DNA of 64,000 nt from Octopus sinensis (Eukaryota). The stretch lies in NCBI RefSeq assembly GCF_006345805.1, contig NC_043007.1, positions 43,028,001 to 43,092,000 on the forward strand, in the 5' to 3' direction. Shown piece by piece: positions 63,575-64,000 of the stretch (position 1 is its first letter; every line of letters begins with the position of its first letter). The notes under the pieces are model-generated. The model was not told where the DNA came from. It saw only the letters and a program-made list of their open reading frames with translations, and searched no databases. A program made the position numbers and the translations under genes.

Positions 63575-63722
63575 GGCACAGGAGTGGCTGTGTGGTAAGA
63601 AGCTTGCTTCCCAACCACATGATTCTGGGTTCAGTCCCATTCCATGGCACCTTCTATCATAGTCTCAGGCTGACCAAAGCCTTGTGAGTGGATTTGGTAG
63701 ATGGAAACTGAAAGAAGCCTAT
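63575..63722 (+). mobile_element. tRNA-derived SINE, family A (ggcacaggagtggctgtgtggtaag...ccaaagccttgtgagtggatttggtaga)
   Basis: Pol III A/B-box-like head. Related copies at about 2775, 8775(-), 16127(-), 23035(-), 28757, 30690(-), 35930, 37428 and 55205(-). Confidence 0.8.
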
Positions 63723-63740
63723 CGTATGTGTGTGTGTGTA

Positions 63741-64000
63741 TAGGGTGCGATGGGTAAATTGTCACCATTTTATAGTTTTAATTCACACATGGAAATTGTT
63801 TGTTTTTAATTTTGTTGACTACACAGTATAGTAGGGTCAGTTGGGCACTATCTCTGAGAGAAATAGCACCATAACGCAATTCACTCTGCCAGAAATTTGG
63901 AAATGAGATGCTGTACTGCTTGGCACTCATACCAGAAGCTCTAATATGAACATTTCAGTGTGTTTGGGTGTCAATCCGAGGATAGTGCAATCTGAGGACA
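63741..64000 (+). mobile_element. Probable 5' end of a Tc1/mariner-superfamily element
   Basis: Starts after TA with agggtg (CAGGGTG-like TIR start). Decayed HTH-like AVLLGTHTRSSNMNISVCLGVN. Runs off the window edge. Confidence 0.45.

Noticed and set aside
63575-63650. tRNA gene calls for SINE heads (also at about 7640, 37428 and 60225)
   Set aside because: A/B-box-like motifs are present but no full cloverleaf, and each continues into a SINE body.

Overview
AT-rich, microsatellite- and SINE-dense animal genomic DNA. The repeat landscape looks like an octopus/coleoid cephalopod, which is an inference from composition only. The window holds the middle and 3' part of one large minus-strand gene, a Flamingo/CELSR (starry night) adhesion GPCR. 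I traced 23 GT-AG exons by hand from 49623 down to 344, all phase-compatible (3423 nt, about 1140 codons). They encode LamG1, EGF, LamG2, EGF/EGF-laminin, HormR, GAIN/GPS and TM1-TM5. The cadherin-repeat exons (>64000) and TM6-TM7/C-tail exons (<1) lie outside the window. The introns carry RTE-clade LINE copies, Penelope-like, CR1/L2-like and mariner remnants, hAT, piggyBac and Helentron-type MITEs, and three SINE families. The most unusual structures are a ~600-bp foldback, a head-to-head RTE-tail dimer, a hierarchical 61/122/245-bp GC-rich array in an RTE 3' UTR, a triplicated SINE-dimer unit and a degenerate Penelope-type hammerhead motif. No prokaryotic features, CRISPR array, rRNA or true tRNA gene is supported.
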